Part shown: positions 40,200 to 54,700 of the stretch, one piece after another | How the letters are laid out: each line of letters begins with the position of its first letter | Numbering within the stretch: position 1 is the first letter of the stretch | NCBI RefSeq assembly: GCF_000002075.1 | Contig: NW_004797475.1 | Span: 241,017 to 305,016 of the forward strand | Direction: 5' to 3' | Origin: Aplysia californica | Lineage: Eukaryota | Length of the DNA stretch: 64,000 nt | Made by a program: the position numbers and the translations under genes | Notes under the pieces: generated by a model | What the model was told of the DNA's origin: nothing | The model's database searches: none | Seen by the model: only the letters and a program-made list of their open reading frames with translations

Positions 40200-41652
40200 C
40201 ACATATATGGCATTCAATAATGACAAAAAATTTGGAAGTGGAAAATACACAATGAAAAACATAACGAATCTAACATATATATGGCAAAATTGTCTTAATA
40301 ATGTAAACCTGTAATTCTAATGAGAACTGAAACTATTGCACATGTTTGAGGTCAATATTTTCACCTTCCCCTTTTGACTGGGCGAAGCATTGCAAGTGTT
40401 AATTTTGTTCGTTAGTTTAGATTCTACAAATTAATGCTAACTTTAAAAGCATGCATCAACACACTATCTTCATGGGACTTCATATATAGTCTGTGTTGAA
40501 AAACTCTATGACAGCTAGGCAAACTTTTTTATCACTGCATCATCAGAAAAAAATCACACACTGTGTACCTCAGACTCAGAAAATCTGTTGCCCTAGCTTC
40601 TTCGTAGGTCAATTCACATACTTTCTATTGTACAGTTTGATCTTCTCTACCTATGTCTGATAGAATTATTAAGAAAACAATAAGGCCATAGATGAATCAA
40701 ACAGCACCAAAGCTACCTCATGCAAGGCCTGGATACATAAGGTAAGCACACTTGACAATATTGAATGGGCATGGTAGTTGATGTCAAACTACACATGCAA
40801 ACATTCAGATAACTGTATAGCAAACTGGATTGCACAAGATGATCACTTATATAAATAACCAGGCTAACCCTTTCTCATGATCTATGGTACAGTATGGTAT
40901 AGTACAGAGAAATACATCAACAGGATAATGACCATTTAATGCAAGGGGAAAGCAAGAAAGATGGACAGAGAGAAAAAATGGAAAAGAAAAGGAGGACGTA
41001 CGAGTGACGCCTTCCAACCACCTGCATCCCGCCCGTGATTTACACACCCAAGTCCTAACTCTTCTTAGTATACGGTGCGCCACTCTTTTTTAAAATATTT
41101 TTTTAGTCATAACAAATACAACTCAGCAAATCCATCTTTTCTCAATTGTAGTCTATGATTACTACTTGGATCAAAGCCACACAGAACAGACAAGCCGTGC
41201 CAAGGCACCCCTCTCACATCTAGCGTTGTTGTAGGCTCAAAGCTTGTACACTGTCCACTGTACAGCCCGCCAGCACACAACCTCATTGTTCCACGCTAAG
41301 GGTGAAAGCAGACTACCTGTACAAGCGATATGTGCTGAGAAGCAACACATACCCTCTGCCTCGCAGAGTAATCTTCGCGGGAGTTACCCCATGCTTGCAG
41401 TTAGTAAGGCCTATTGACACAGTCGTCTGTCGTGTGTTGACAAAATCCCATTGTGTTTGTGATCACTGTTTTGATTGCTCTTTTAAACTCTTTATTGTGA
41501 TATTTCAGTGGATACATGTAGATCTATATATGATTGTTTGGAACTGAATCTCAACAACACAGTTGTGGATTTATTTCTCCAAACTCACTTTTACATTGGT
41601 ATTGTGTCTATGTTCATGACAATGGTTGTGATGTAATCTAGAGATCCATATT

Positions 41653-42420
41653 CAGTGGAACTCGGATTCAACGAGATGAGATAAATTCCCCGTTTTCTTC
41701 TTCTTTAAAATCAATAAAAATAACCCGGATTCAACGAGAACTTAAATCAGCGAGCTCGGATTCAACGAGGTCGCTTCCAGGGTGAACAGCCCCCGCAGAC
41801 GTGGCGTCCCTCATATTTCTCCCCAACGAACTCTATCTATTCCCGGAAACCATCCATTGCACCTGCATCGTGAACCATTATTCATTTTGCCAATTGCATG
41901 CGACCAATCAGTGGCCTTTTTTCATACCAACACATGCGTTGCTGGCATGCACACGTGTCTACTCTGGCGTGGGGGTGGGATGGGTGGCGTGCACACCTTT
42001 GACTGTGTGTGCGTGTCGGGGGGGGGGGGGGGGGGGGGGGCACTAGCGGAGCGGGCGTTGAACATTCTTTTTTCTTTATTACACAATGATAAGCTAGTCT
42101 TGACATAGATCAACGAAATGAATTGTGTGCTGGTCTATGAAATCAAAAGTTGCCGTATGCTAGGCTCTACACAGCAACACAACTTTTTGGCGAAGTCGAG
42201 ACGACATCGGCGTGTGCATTTGAACAAATCAGTCTTTTTTTTTTTTTACACTGCTCGTAATATGCAGGCATTTCAGGCACTACTTATGACTTCTCTTTAT
42301 ACTTCACTTGCTCAGTGCCTGCAATTATCTGCACAAAACCTCGTGTTTGCTATAACGAACACTCGGATTCAACGAGATTTTAGGTCAGGCCCGGCGACCT
42401 CGTTGAATCCGAGTTCCACT
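41653..42420. mobile_element. pogo/Tigger-like MITE nested in the P element
   Basis: TIRs (C)AGTGGAACTCGGATTCAACGAG and CTCGTTGAATCCGAGTTCCACT, with internal CGGATTCAACGAG repeats. Confidence 0.85.
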
Positions 42421-43189
42421 ATGTGTCACGATGTGGTGGAATCAGGCGCTCGTCAATTTTTGGGCATGTGGAGTTATTGTTATTATCTTAGAGCTTATTT
42501 ATTTGCCTGTCTTTCGATGAAAACCCCCCCCCTCCCAACTATATTGAATAGAAGTAGATATATTTGCAATTGAAGAAACGGGGGTCGCCTGATTTCAGAG
42601 GTAAAATTCGACAAAAATTGCCAAACCGTTGGAAAAATGCTGATATCTTCGATTTCATTATTTTGATGAGCGCCTGATTTCACCACGAAGCCTCACATAT
42701 TTAGAGCTAGACTACTGCCAGACATTCTATCTTTAGATCTAGACACAATTGGAGTGTTTCTGTGCTTGTTTTGTGTGAATTTGATTTTTCCATTCTGATA
42801 CTGCTGACAACAGCGAATTGCTAGACTCTAGGCTACTCTAGAATAGGCAGAAAACACTGCAAACCTTTTCATCATGGGGAGGAAGTGCTCTGTCTGTAAC
42901 TGTCGGACAGGCTTCTGTAAGAGTAGGAGAAAGCAATACCTTTCTGCTTATCATCGGCCGAGAATTCTAACCGACAAACTCCTAAATTTCCTCGAATTGT
43001 TTTTCTCCAAAAAATAGATCGATACGACGAAGGGCTACGTCCTAATTAAATCCTTATCAATTTTGTTTTATAAAAAAATTCTAATTGTACATTCCGACTG
43101 GTTTCCATGACAGAAGAATTCAAAGCGTCTAATTCATTTAGGTTGCCCGTCATTGTGCATTACGGCGATGCGATCACGCATTGCTCTGA

Positions 43190-44605
43190 AGGAGGTGTTT
43201 GATTATGTTTGGACTTTGTCCAAGCCAGAAAAGGCTGCTTTTGTTTAAGGGTTGATCCACAGTGTTGAGCCTGTGGAGAAAAAGGAGGGAGAAAGCAGAA
43301 GATCAAGGTCCATGAAGTACCATCTGATTCTGCGGGTGAATGGGGCCAGGGTCAAAGTGTGTATGGCTGTCTTTTTCAGTCCTGGACTCTGCAACTGGTG
43401 GGTTCACAATGTTCTCACATGTGGGTTGGGTATAGCAGAGGGTGAGGTTCCAGTTCAGAGAAAAAGGGTAAGGGAGGAGACTACAGAATCAAAGGCACTT
43501 AATCAGTTTCTTCGTGATCTGCCCAAGTTGCCATTTCACTATTGCCGAAGGACTCCAGTAAGTAATACTTGGAACCTGTTTTTCAGAGCTTACAGACAGT
43601 GTACCTAAGCTTGTATTATAAAGATAAGTGTGAGTCTGTGTGTGTGAGTGTGTCAAGGTACTTTCTGTACCTTCATGTTTAAGGAGGAGCTCAATGGTAA
43701 GAACCTGTTATTGTTCCATCCTCGAAAAGAGAAGTGTGACCTTTGTGTGGGCTTTGAGGAGGGAAATTTGGAAAAGGGGGCATACAATCAGCATCGCTTG
43801 AGAGCTAAACGTGCACAGGATGAAAAAACAACAGACAAGGAAAAATGCATGAGCGGCCCCAAAATCAAATGCATCATCATGAACCTGCAATCAGTTCTGC
43901 TATGTCCACGCACTAATGCATTTGCCTTGTACTATAAGACGAAATTGTGTGTACATAATTTCACAGTATGATCTAAAGAGCAAGGACTGTGTATGTTATG
44001 TCTGGAATGAATGCGAGGGTGCTCTGACTGCAAATGAATTTGCTTCTTGTATGGCTGGGGTTTTTTTGGTCATCTGATTAAACTCAAGATGAATATATCA
44101 TATTATTATATTCAGATGGATGTGGTTATCAAAACCGCAATGTCACAATGAGTTCTGCACTGTTACATTTCAGCTCTGTCAATGGTAAGACTGTAACACT
44201 GAAATTCCTAGAGAACGGCCATACACAGATGGAGGTGGACAGTGCTCACAGCACATCTACTGCCCAGCTGATTATGTCAGGCTGATGGAAGAAAGTAGGA
44301 AAGTGAATCCATATGTTGTCAAGTATTCGACTTGTGATTTCTTTTCTGACTTCACCAAAATGATCAACCTGAGTTCAATTAAGAGCACTTCAATATATAC
44401 ATCAGATGGTCAAATCAAATACAAACTGAGATTTGATGATGACTGGTCACATCTGCCATTGAAGCGTGGCAAGTCCACAGACATTCTCCATAAAGGCATG
44501 AAGGAACTGCCTCTGTACCAGGATAGAAGAAAAATGACACAGGCCAAGTTCAAACACATGCAAGAAATGAAGTCTGCGGAGCCATGTGACTACAACAGTT
44601 TCTAG
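43190..44605 (+). pseudogene. Sola-like DDD transposase remnant nested in the P element
   Basis: Frameshifted pieces: CDLC, NLQSVLLCP...YYKTKLCVHNFTV, CYVWNECEG...ANEFASC, SDGCGYQNRN and FLENGHTQMEVDSAHS. The superfamily assignment is from motif recall. Confidence 0.7.
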
Positions 44606-45175
44606 GGTACAGAGGCATCAAGTCTTATCACCTGCAAAGGATTGACGTCAAAATACATCACTCGTTGGAGTCAACTGTTCAAGGTAATTAAATCTAAAGG
44701 CCTACCTATTGTTATGCAATCATGTTCTTGTGCTAACTTTACTTTCATTATGTTTTTTTTAAAAGGAAGAAGAAATATGAAGATAATATCATGCATTGTT
44801 CACCTTTCTGCTTCAGACTTTCTATTTGTGGAAATTTAGCTGTTGCATTTGCTTTCACATTCACTAGTTTCATCTGGAGAAGGGTCTTAAGTCTTTCTTT
44901 TTGTTAACATCTTTGGTTATCGCTTGTTCTCAACAGATTCAGATAGTTTTCTGTTAATTATGCTGGTATTCATTTTAATTATTTTGGAAAAGTAACAGTT
45001 TTAAAATGAACACAAAGACACCATGATTTATTCTAATCTATCACAAGAGAAAATTTTAAAAGCACATTCTACATCAAAGGTGTGTTTAGTTTAGGTTTAG
45101 TAAGAATTTTATGGCACTTGCAACACAAAATAGGTCAGATAAGGGCCAAAGATTAGAGGTATTACTATAGAGTAA

Positions 45176-45439
45176 GGTAAAAAGTTAAGTTGTTCCCGCA
45201 TCCGATCCGGACATTGGGGATTGCCTTGTTAATGAGACAACTTCCTGGGCCTTAGGCATATTGTGGTAGGGTGGCTAGTTCCTTTCCATGCCCCCTTTAC
45301 TTCCCTAACCTGAAGTCAGGTACCCATTTCTGCTGGGTGGGCAGGAGGGGGCGGAAAAAATCAGTGACCGACCCGAGGCTCGAACCCGGACTTTCCGCTT
45401 CGGAGATGAGCGCACTAACCACTCCGTCACCACACCCTC
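45176..45439 (-). mobile_element. tRNA-derived SINE with a Meta-like central domain, nested in a family-B retroposon
   Basis: tRNA head GTGGTGACGGAGTGGTTAG...GGTTCGAGCC, central CCACCCAGCAGAAATGGGTACCTGAC, an ACTTT/ACCTT tail and 13-bp TSD TACTATA(G/A)AGTAA. Confidence 0.85.
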
Positions 45440-45866
45440 TACTATAAAGTAACGTACATAAAAAGAAGTAGGGGAGATAAGGATGACAGACATTTGATAG
45501 GAAAGAATGAGCAAACCACACCAGAGCACCCGCCTACCACTCACTCCAAGGTGTGACACAAGTTTAAAAGTATAATGTTTTCTTTTTCTTTCCAGAGCTT
45601 CTAAAGTTTGTCTCAATTGATGAAAGTAATGACTGCCCTGCTGACAAAAAGCCGCTCTTCTTTGAGTGTCAAATCCAGCTATTGAAAGCGCCAAAGACAC
45701 CTGCAGCCTTCTATGACTTAAACGATTTGTGCAAAGCCTTTCCTTGGTACACAAGATCCAAAGCTCTGTACCTTCAAATGAGATGTCATCTGACCCTACC
45801 ATCATTGACCATACTCAGGAAACTCACTTGTAAGTCAAAAAATCTTTCTGAAACAACACAGTTTAA

Positions 45867-46609
45867 CCCTTTCGCACTTAGCAGGCTTGGCCAGCTGTGG
45901 CCCCCCATCCTTAAGACAAGGGCAACAACTCCACGAAAATTGAAGGGGTACCTTACTAAAAAAATTGTATAAAATCACAAACACAACCAAAAATTATGAA
46001 AATAGTATTTTCTGAAAGGAAAATGAATGAGCTAAATTACTAATACAAAATTATAAGTGGAATAGGAGAGTATGAAATGATATGAGAGGTCTTTCTGAGA
46101 TGCGTGTCTTGGATTCCGAGCCTAGATCTAGATCTAGATTATCTCGTATACATTTCTTCAACTCACGAAGTTTTTGCCACTGACAAAGAGGTAATCCACA
46201 CAAAAGAAATACAACACATTCACAGAGATTGAAGCCTCTGGTGGAAACTTGAAAGCACCTAAAAGACTTTTCTTTGGGTGTTTTTATTTTGTTTTTGCGG
46301 TACTCATATCGGGCGGCTTTGCGCCCATGCATCCTAGAGACATGATGGCGTGTTTACAACTAAAATCTCCTCCGACTTTTGTTCCCGCTCAAAAAGTGAC
46401 TCTTTGTGCTAGCGAAACAAGAAAAACACCACAGTAAACCGGAACTCTTCCTCTATAAAGATAGCTAAGTTAAACTTCTGATGATAGTAAAAGTAGAAGC
46501 CTCCAGCGGCAACGAAACAAACACCCCCGTGGCGGGCGCATTCGGGCGCTATAGGGATGAGCGGCGGTCACCGGCGCGGGCACATACGGGCGCTGTAAGT
46601 GCGAAACGG
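45867..46609. mobile_element. piggyBac-type MITE interrupting the P transposase
   Basis: TTAA on both sides and TIR CC(C/G)TTTCGCACTTA. Confidence 0.88.
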
Positions 46610-48790
46610 TTAAGACATTTTTTGACAGGAAGAATGGAGTAGAGCCTGCCTTGTCATCATTGATGAGGTCTATGTCATGGCACAGATTGTATATTCGAGG
46701 GGAATATTTTTTTGATATGCTGAGGATGTGGAGGGAGAGCAGAGAGCAGCGACTACTTTGCTTGCAATGGTTGTGAAATGCTGTTTTACGTCAAAGAGGT
46801 TCCTGACCAAACCTGTTCCATAAATGCAGATTTCCTGTATTCTGTTGTAGTTGATGTGCTGACAATGCTGGAAGAAAGTGGTGCCAAGGTAATTGCAGTT
46901 ATCAATGACAACAGCGAAGTCAACCAAAACTCCTCAAAGTTCCAGTCATTCGACGGCCCTGACAGACCTTGGATTGTCTAGTCCCAGGCAGATCCACCTG
47001 GACCGATGTTTCTGATGTACGAACCTGTCCACATTATGAAAAACCTAAAAAACAACTGGCAGACAGATTCTACACAACAACTGAAGTTTCCAGTGGAGTG
47101 GGAAGAGAATCAAGAAAGCCTGCATTTATACGTTGTTGCAAAGAGGACGGATCTTTTTTCTTAGAAGCATGAAGATGTCACCCTGTTCAAGTTGTCCAAG
47201 TTGACGCAAGAGACCCTGTCCCCAACCAACATCCAGAAACAGATGGTGAAACTGGCAATCAAAGTCTCCAATTACCAAACGGCAAAGGCCTTGAAGAACA
47301 CCTCAATATCAACCTTCTCTGCACAAGTGTTGGATACAGCAGTTTTCATCGAAGCAGTGGTGCAGTTATGGAAGCTACTGAACAGCAAGTCCCCAAGAGA
47401 GACCATACGTCAGCGCGACAAAGGCCACATAGCTGTTGACTGCTCTCAACAGGGAGATGGAGCACTCCAGCTGCTCCATGATTGGTCAATGACTGCTCAA
47501 GCAATGAAAGCTTCTCTCCCACACAGAGTGAAGAGACTGACCAAGGACACTGCAGATGCCCTGGCTTGGACAAGCAACAGCCTGACTTCTCTGAGCCCAT
47601 ACCTTCTGGAGACTGACCTGCCACACAGACACAACTTTGTTCTCTTGGGATTCTACCAGCAGGATGACCTATAAAACTATTTTGGACACTTCCCATGGCA
47701 GCAGAGAGCAACTACTATGTAACAACTAAGAATGTCTTCAGCACTCATGAATTGGATCGCTCCAAATTTCTTCTGGTAAACAACATGATTGTCGAAGACC
47801 AGAATGACCAGCATGAATGCAGTGACTGTTCCAAAGGCCTCTCAAAAGCTGAAACAAAGTCACTCAACATTTTGCAAGAGACTGGTGCTCTGAAGAATCT
47901 GTCTGGGGGGAATGAAGTCCAAGCAATCTATCATGACGCTGGATGTGTGGCAAGAAAGCACGGAAAGACTGCCCTTGCTGTTCCACCTGGGTTATTTTGA
48001 ATCCCTGAACAGAGGAGGCTTAGTAGGTTTATCTGAAGAGTTTTTTATACTGTATGGCCCTGACTTACAGCTTCGTTAGGAAAACACCGGAGACATACTG
48101 CAGGAATCGTCTAGTGAACATTTTCACTGACTTTGCAGCATTTTCCTGATTGACATCGCAGTCTGCTATCAAATGTATTGTAAATGAAGTGAGTTGAAAT
48201 TACAAAAATATTGATAAAAAGCTAAGACTTGAGAGTAGAGGTCAACTCTTACATGAGTTAAATACTACATATTGAGAGCTAGAACTAGAATTACCGGCTT
48301 CAGACCGACAATCTTAACTTAGACCAATATTTTAGTAGAATATTAATAAATCGAATCGGATGCTAATAATAAAATACATGTAGCTGTACCAGTAGATTTT
48401 TTCATTTAAATTATTGTATGTTTGTTACTGGCAATATTGTCACCCGGGTTCACGGCATGGTTTCCCTACTGTGCCTTACACAAGAACTGATGCGCAGAGC
48501 TTGGCGAGTCAGCGAGCGAAGAGGGCTCAGTGATCCTCTGACGCGAAGCCAGGCTCAGTGATCCTCTGATGCGAAGCCAGGCTTGTCTGTTCTGTGCGGC
48601 TTTGACTTGGATCATTCACTTCAACTTAGTTTAGTGTTATTTTATGCTAATAGGCTAAGTAGTGCCAGAGTTATTACGAATTTTGCGGTGTTGACATCTT
48701 GAATGACAAAATTGGCTGCGTACAAAGGAGGAATAGTCTACCGTGTACTAAGAGCTAAGGGACCCCAAGTTCTAGTTGTCCATCATAATG

Positions 48791-51700
48791 TTATCTTTTA
48801 GCCATTGCACTTGGGTTGGGGCGGAAAATCTCATTTTCATCCTCAATACCGTTGTGCATCATGCGGTGACGCAGGTCCAGGCGATTGTAGAAAGAGAGCA
48901 CCCGAGGATCAGCCCGCACGCAAGAGTTGCTAAAGTCCAAGACCCTCAGGCCCTCCAAACTTTTGGCTCTGGACAGTGCTACGTAAGCCTGGCCCGTCTC
49001 AAACACACGACTCAAAGACATCTCCACACAGTCCAGGGTCATACCCTGAGGACACAAAAAATCCAAGGCAAACAAAATCAGACATAATCAAAACATTGTT
49101 TTTTGACAAATTAGGAGTATGAAATAAAACCTTCATACCTTTGGCCACTACCTGTAAAATTCTAGCCAATGCAATAGACAGCCCATAAATGTAAACTTTC
49201 TAAAGCTTTGCATACCCATTAGAAAAACAATGTGCAATCAAAAACACTAAAAACTATCATTACAAACTGCTTACATGTTTTGTAGTGTGACCTCCATCAG
49301 TGAAGAAGATGCCTTGTAAATATCTGGCCCACTGTGATCAATATATTGCAGTTGTAAAGACTAGGTTTCCCACGATAAAATAGGGGTGAAATCTGAATTA
49401 CATACTGCATTTTTCTGATGCAAATGAAAGAATAAGCAGAAGCAGGTGGCACGATACCGGCAGTCAATTTTTACACCACTTACCTGGCTTTTGTGTATAG
49501 AGATAGCCCAGGCAAGTTTGAGTGGGACCTGTCTCCGCACCACAGTGTTCCCTCCGCTCAGCCTGAATACCCATCTGCTTGGCTTGATGATCTCCGTCAC
49601 ACCACACACAAATTTCACAACCGGATGACCTAATCAAAAAATTATTTAAAAATATTAATAAATAAAATAAAAAATAAAACATTAACAACATCACACATTT
49701 CATTCACATCCAAGAGAGACAGAACAGAAATGCTGGTGAGATAAAACTGAAAAGACAAAAATTGCATGAACCAAACAGAATAATGGCCAAAATTTCATCC
49801 AGTCCTCACTTTGGAGAGCAAAAGATTTATCTTGAATAAAAAAGAGAAAGAACCATGACTTTAAGGCTTTAATTGTGAACAAAACCATGATGTTTTTTAA
49901 AAAATACGTTGGCAAAAGGATTTAACATTAGGCTATCTCTGTCACAGCCACTCAGTAAACCTACTTTTTGTATTTTGTTTCCACAAACACCAAAAAAAGA
50001 TTCCAAGAATGTTTCATACAGAGAAGTTTTTACTGACCACCTGAGAGTTGTTACCAACAGACATCATCTTGCAAATAATTGGTAGAAGTGAACTAAAACA
50101 ATACTGAACAGTTTTCATGATTCCGGTCTTCAACACTTTTCCTCCCCCGACTATCACATAAACAAAACAACTCTCACCATGATTCTTGGTATCGTAGGAA
50201 GTGACAACCCCTCGTGCTCCATTGACCAGACCCCGTTGAACATCCAGGTTCTTGCACAGCATTACCTTTGTAAAAAAATCAAACAAATATATACTATAAA
50301 CAAGTGTCATGATGATGACTAGCGAACACAATAACAATGTCAACCTACTGTGTCTCACTTATAACCAAACATGCATTATACCATCAACACAGTAAGCTCT
50401 GATATCTTATTCATACTTTCCCTTTTTCTTTTCTAGTTCTGACATGTGTTAGCTCAACTTTTATTCATCATCTCCATGAAACTGTGCTTGTGTGCGAAGA
50501 CACATCTTACAAAAAAGACAAGATATTTGAAATGACAAAACATGACAGCAATATCATGGTAATCTCTTTCACACCGCACTATAACAGCAAAGGTGAAGAA
50601 GTATTTGCTGCCTAGTCCTATGACCAATTTCAAAGTAGTATTATACAAAGCTTTTCCTCATCAAATGAGAATACATGTACTTATTTGAAGAAAGTTTTAT
50701 TAAAAAAATTTCAAGACTGTTCATTCATTATAAATTATTTCCAATGATGAAAAAAAGCAATGCACTATGGCAAATTTAAGTACACGGAAAAGTCACCACT
50801 CTAAAGGACAAAACAAGACCTGGCCTCTCCAGCTATAAAATCCCAGAAAGTTGAAAACATAGAATGTACCTGGGCTCCAATTTTTAACTCCAGACTAGCT
50901 GGAACTGGGCACAAAGTATTTAGGTGCAGCGCATAGCCTTCTTCTGAGTCTGTGGCTGCAAATTTACGACTTTCTCCTGTGAAATATATTTTTTTAAAAC
51001 ACATTTTAGAAAAGAATAGAAAAAAATTCATGAATCCTCACACGCTAGTTTGTTCGATCTTTTGACAATTACTAATGATGTGGTAACAATCAGACATGTT
51101 ATGAATAAATCAAAAAGTTGCACAAACGGATCCTTGTCATCAATTGCTGCCTCAAAAAATCAGGCATATATGCACACTGAGCAAAAGCTAACATTTTTCC
51201 GTTTCTGCACCCCCTGTTTACCTTGCAGCTCCTTAAGACTGGACACATTTATTTCCTCCACATCCACCTTGTGAGTGCACAATCTTGTGGCTACGACTCC
51301 ATCCTTCTCTATGATGTGGTGCTTGGTCGCCTGCAGAGTATCCGAAACAAAATCTGGACACCTGTCAAAACAAAGAAAGAAAATGTATTTATTGTGAAAG
51401 AACAGAGTATTAAGTGATGATTTACAGAGCTCTTCATGGTCAATAATATTTACTGAGACATCCAGTCCAGAAATACTACTTGTAAGCATGAGTCTTTTTT
51501 GACCCAATCAAATGAATGTATGTCATGTATGACTTAATCATGGCCTTACAATATGCCTCTGGCTGCAGAGTGAACATCAAGTATCATTTGTGAGGCATCA
51601 TGGTGAAATGAGGCACTTGTCAAAATAATGAAACAGAAGAAACCTGTATTTCTCCGCCCATTATCAATTTTTTTCTTTTTTTGCTCAATACCTTTTACAT

Positions 51701-54700
51701 TAATTTAAATACATATTTCTGTGCAGATTTATTAACATGTTGATTAAAAGCACGAAAATGTAAATCTGCAGTGTCCTAGGACGCTCAAGCTTTGGAAGTC
51801 ACCAAACTTAAGCGACCATTTTCTCGTTAATTTTACGTCTGACAACAGGCGACCCCCACCTTCCACAACTGCAAATATAGCCTTCTATTCAAGATAGATA
51901 GGTATTTTTTTCACCAAAACAAGGAAAATGAACATGCTTTAAGAATATACCGTACCAATAACTCCACATGTCCAAAAATTGGCGAGCACCTGATTCCACC
52001 ACGTTGTGACACATTAATTAAAAAAATTTCAAACATCAGAGGGAAGAAAAGCCAACATGACCATTGTCTTTCGAGAAAAACGATACAGAAGAAATATCTG
52101 ACTTACATTCCCTTACGAACATATTGCAGTATGTTGATGAAGGACTTGTCTGCTTGTCGTTTCACATCTGTCAGTTGCATGGTTGTCTCTAAACATTTCT
52201 GCCATGCTTCTGACTGAAAAAAACAAAACAGAAAATACTTTTAAGATCCAACAAACAATAGTCTTATTCTTATACCCGAAAGCATGCTCAAGATTTTGTC
52301 AATGAACATTTTAAAGTCGATTCCAAACTTATTAAGCAGGCACATCAGATTGTTTTCTCACAGACTATTCATGTTTTTTTATAACCTATTTCTTTTTTTG
52401 TTAATCAATTAAACAATACTATTTACAGAATTGAACATCAACTTTGAATATTGATTATTACTGTCGTGTACAGTGATTTGTCTTCGTATACAAGAGGACA
52501 AAATCCATTCTGAAATAAACTCAGAAGTTCACTGGCATTCAAATAGGTTTGTACTTTATATTTGAAATAAAAAATTTTTAAAAGGTGTTTACTTCAATTG
52601 CATCAAAATTCTAGAAATTAAAAAAAAATGCTTATGGCAAAGGTCTACTTCAGTTTCCACCCCCACCCCAAATAAGTTAAAATCATCTTTCATGCATGAT
52701 GACACGGTTACCTCCAAATTGGACCCAAAATGGATGGGCTTAAGAGATTAAGTAATATGTTCCAAATTGAGGGCTAAAATAAAACTTTACCAAAAGAGCT
52801 CGAGGCATACAACTACCATAATCTGATAACCTCCTGGACCAAATAATACATGACAGGTGATTTCATACATCAACTCTAACATGTTAAACTGTGTACGGAC
52901 AGAAAAACATTCTGCTGGTGATGTAAACATCTTTAGATGTCATACGAAGATAAGCTCGGTTGTTTAGCAAAAAAGTAATAATGGACAGAGATCTCGAATA
53001 TCAGTAAATGTTTGTTTAATCTAACAAACATATGCACCACATTTCACAAACATAAACTAACCTCTTTGCATTTTAAAAACAACACAACATAATTCAATCG
53101 TTGAACAAGAAAGGCACAAAACTTTACCTGGAAACAAAATCTCCTGATTTCCCCAGGCCTGGTGACGGGAGGAAGCTGTAGAAAGTCTCCGCACAGAATG
53201 AGCTGAATGCCACCAAACGGCTGGTCAGACTTACGAATCACTCTAAAAGGGGGGGAAAAAGCACAAAAGAGGGATTATAAAATTAAATTAATTATAAACA
53301 GAATTTAGTCAAAGACAAAAAAGTAGAAAACCAAAGCTCAAGATGGGAACTGGGACATAAAAAAGCAAAATACAAAGTCAAAACAAAACACCACAAATCT
53401 TAAATCAAGCTGTCAGAGACAGGTGAGAACCTTGTTGACATCATTATACAATTGAGAATTAATCTAAACTAGTTAACCTTGATGATATCATAATACAATG
53501 GAGATTTAATCCAAGCTTGTTAGAATGTATAAGTTTCATGCCTATTACTTTGCACTAAAGAGGTCATATATTTATTACTAGAGTTCCTGACACTGATGTC
53601 CCTCACATTATGGGGGCTGCATGTGCCCTTTATGGGATGCTGAACTTCAAGGGCAAGACATGCACAGTTCAACAGATGGGCGAGTACTTTTCGAGACACG
53701 CGTAAAGATTGGAAATCTACAGGCTTGCACTGAAATATGGGAGCAGGGTGGTGTTTAAAATACTAGAGCTCGTGGTGAGGAGCAGGGTGGAGGCTCAGTC
53801 TGTTCATGTAAATGGGGGCATGCCGGCCATGTCGATGAGGATAAAAAGGCCCAGATGTCTGACACGTGTGAGGGCGTCACTGCTGCGAGCTCTAGTATTA
53901 TAATATAACCTCTTTGCTTTGCACCCAGATAAATTTGTCTACGCCAATAAAGCTAACCTATCAACATTCGTACAGGTGTTTATTGAGGGGGAAAATTATT
54001 TGAATTAAATCACCTTGCAACATTTTCCAGCTTGTCAAAAAGTTCACCATCCACCATGGAGACCTCATCAATGATGAGATGTTTGCAAGCTCTCCACTGC
54101 TGAGCCACTCGTTGCCTGGAGGCCAGCTCTATGCACTGCTGGAGGGGAGCTTTGCCAGACCCGATGCCTGGAGGGGACAAACAGGAAAAGTTACACGAGG
54201 AAAGAGAAGTACATCAACACAACAACGGTCACTTCATGGGAGAAAAAAGAAAGACAAATAAACAGAAACTACAGACGGAAAAAAAAGAAGCAGGACATAT
54301 CAGTGGTGCCCTCCAAAACTACTGGGCAAAGATGGCAGACGCGCATATATACAAGGAAGGAATTAATTTTATCTTAAACTACGTAACAGAAAACTCATAT
54401 TTGACATTAAAATTGTGAAATTACTTTATGACAGAACATTTCCTTTGCAAAAAGAACACTACAAGGACTTCATTCAAAACTACACAAAAGGAACAAGACT
54501 GATTGATGGTTCAATCGATTTAAAACGTTCTCCTCAATTAGAATAATAATGTAAAAACTCATTTTTCGAAGGTAAATTTGACTAATGTTAGTTTTTATAA
54601 GAAACTCTATTAATGAAGAGATATGTAAGCCCCCCCTCCCTCCTTTTTTTTCTCCTGTATACAAATATTAATCCCTCTGCCCATTTCAGGCTTCTATTCT

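Larger units (their letters stand above)
42874..48150 (+). pseudogene. THAP9/P-element transposase pseudogene (disrupted, apparently spliced)
   Basis: MGRKCSVCNCRTG (THAP-like start), YTRSKALYLQMRCHLTLPSLTILRK, CLVIIDEVYV, AVINDNSEVN, PVHIMKNLKNNW, KLTQETLSPTNIQKQMVKLA and LGFYQQDDL. Many stops and frameshifts. Confidence 0.8.
41172..48604 (+). mobile_element. P-superfamily DNA transposon, defective, with nested insertions
   Basis: 25-bp TIR CAAAGCC(A/G)CACAGAACAGACAAGCC and a perfect 8-bp TSD ACTTGGAT (41164-41171 and 48605-48612). THAP-like start and P-transposase remnants lie inside. Confidence 0.9.

Noticed and set aside
53594-53966. Possible solo LTR (TG...AATAAA...CA); similar at 41227-41559
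   Set aside because: No matching TSD and no second copy in the window.
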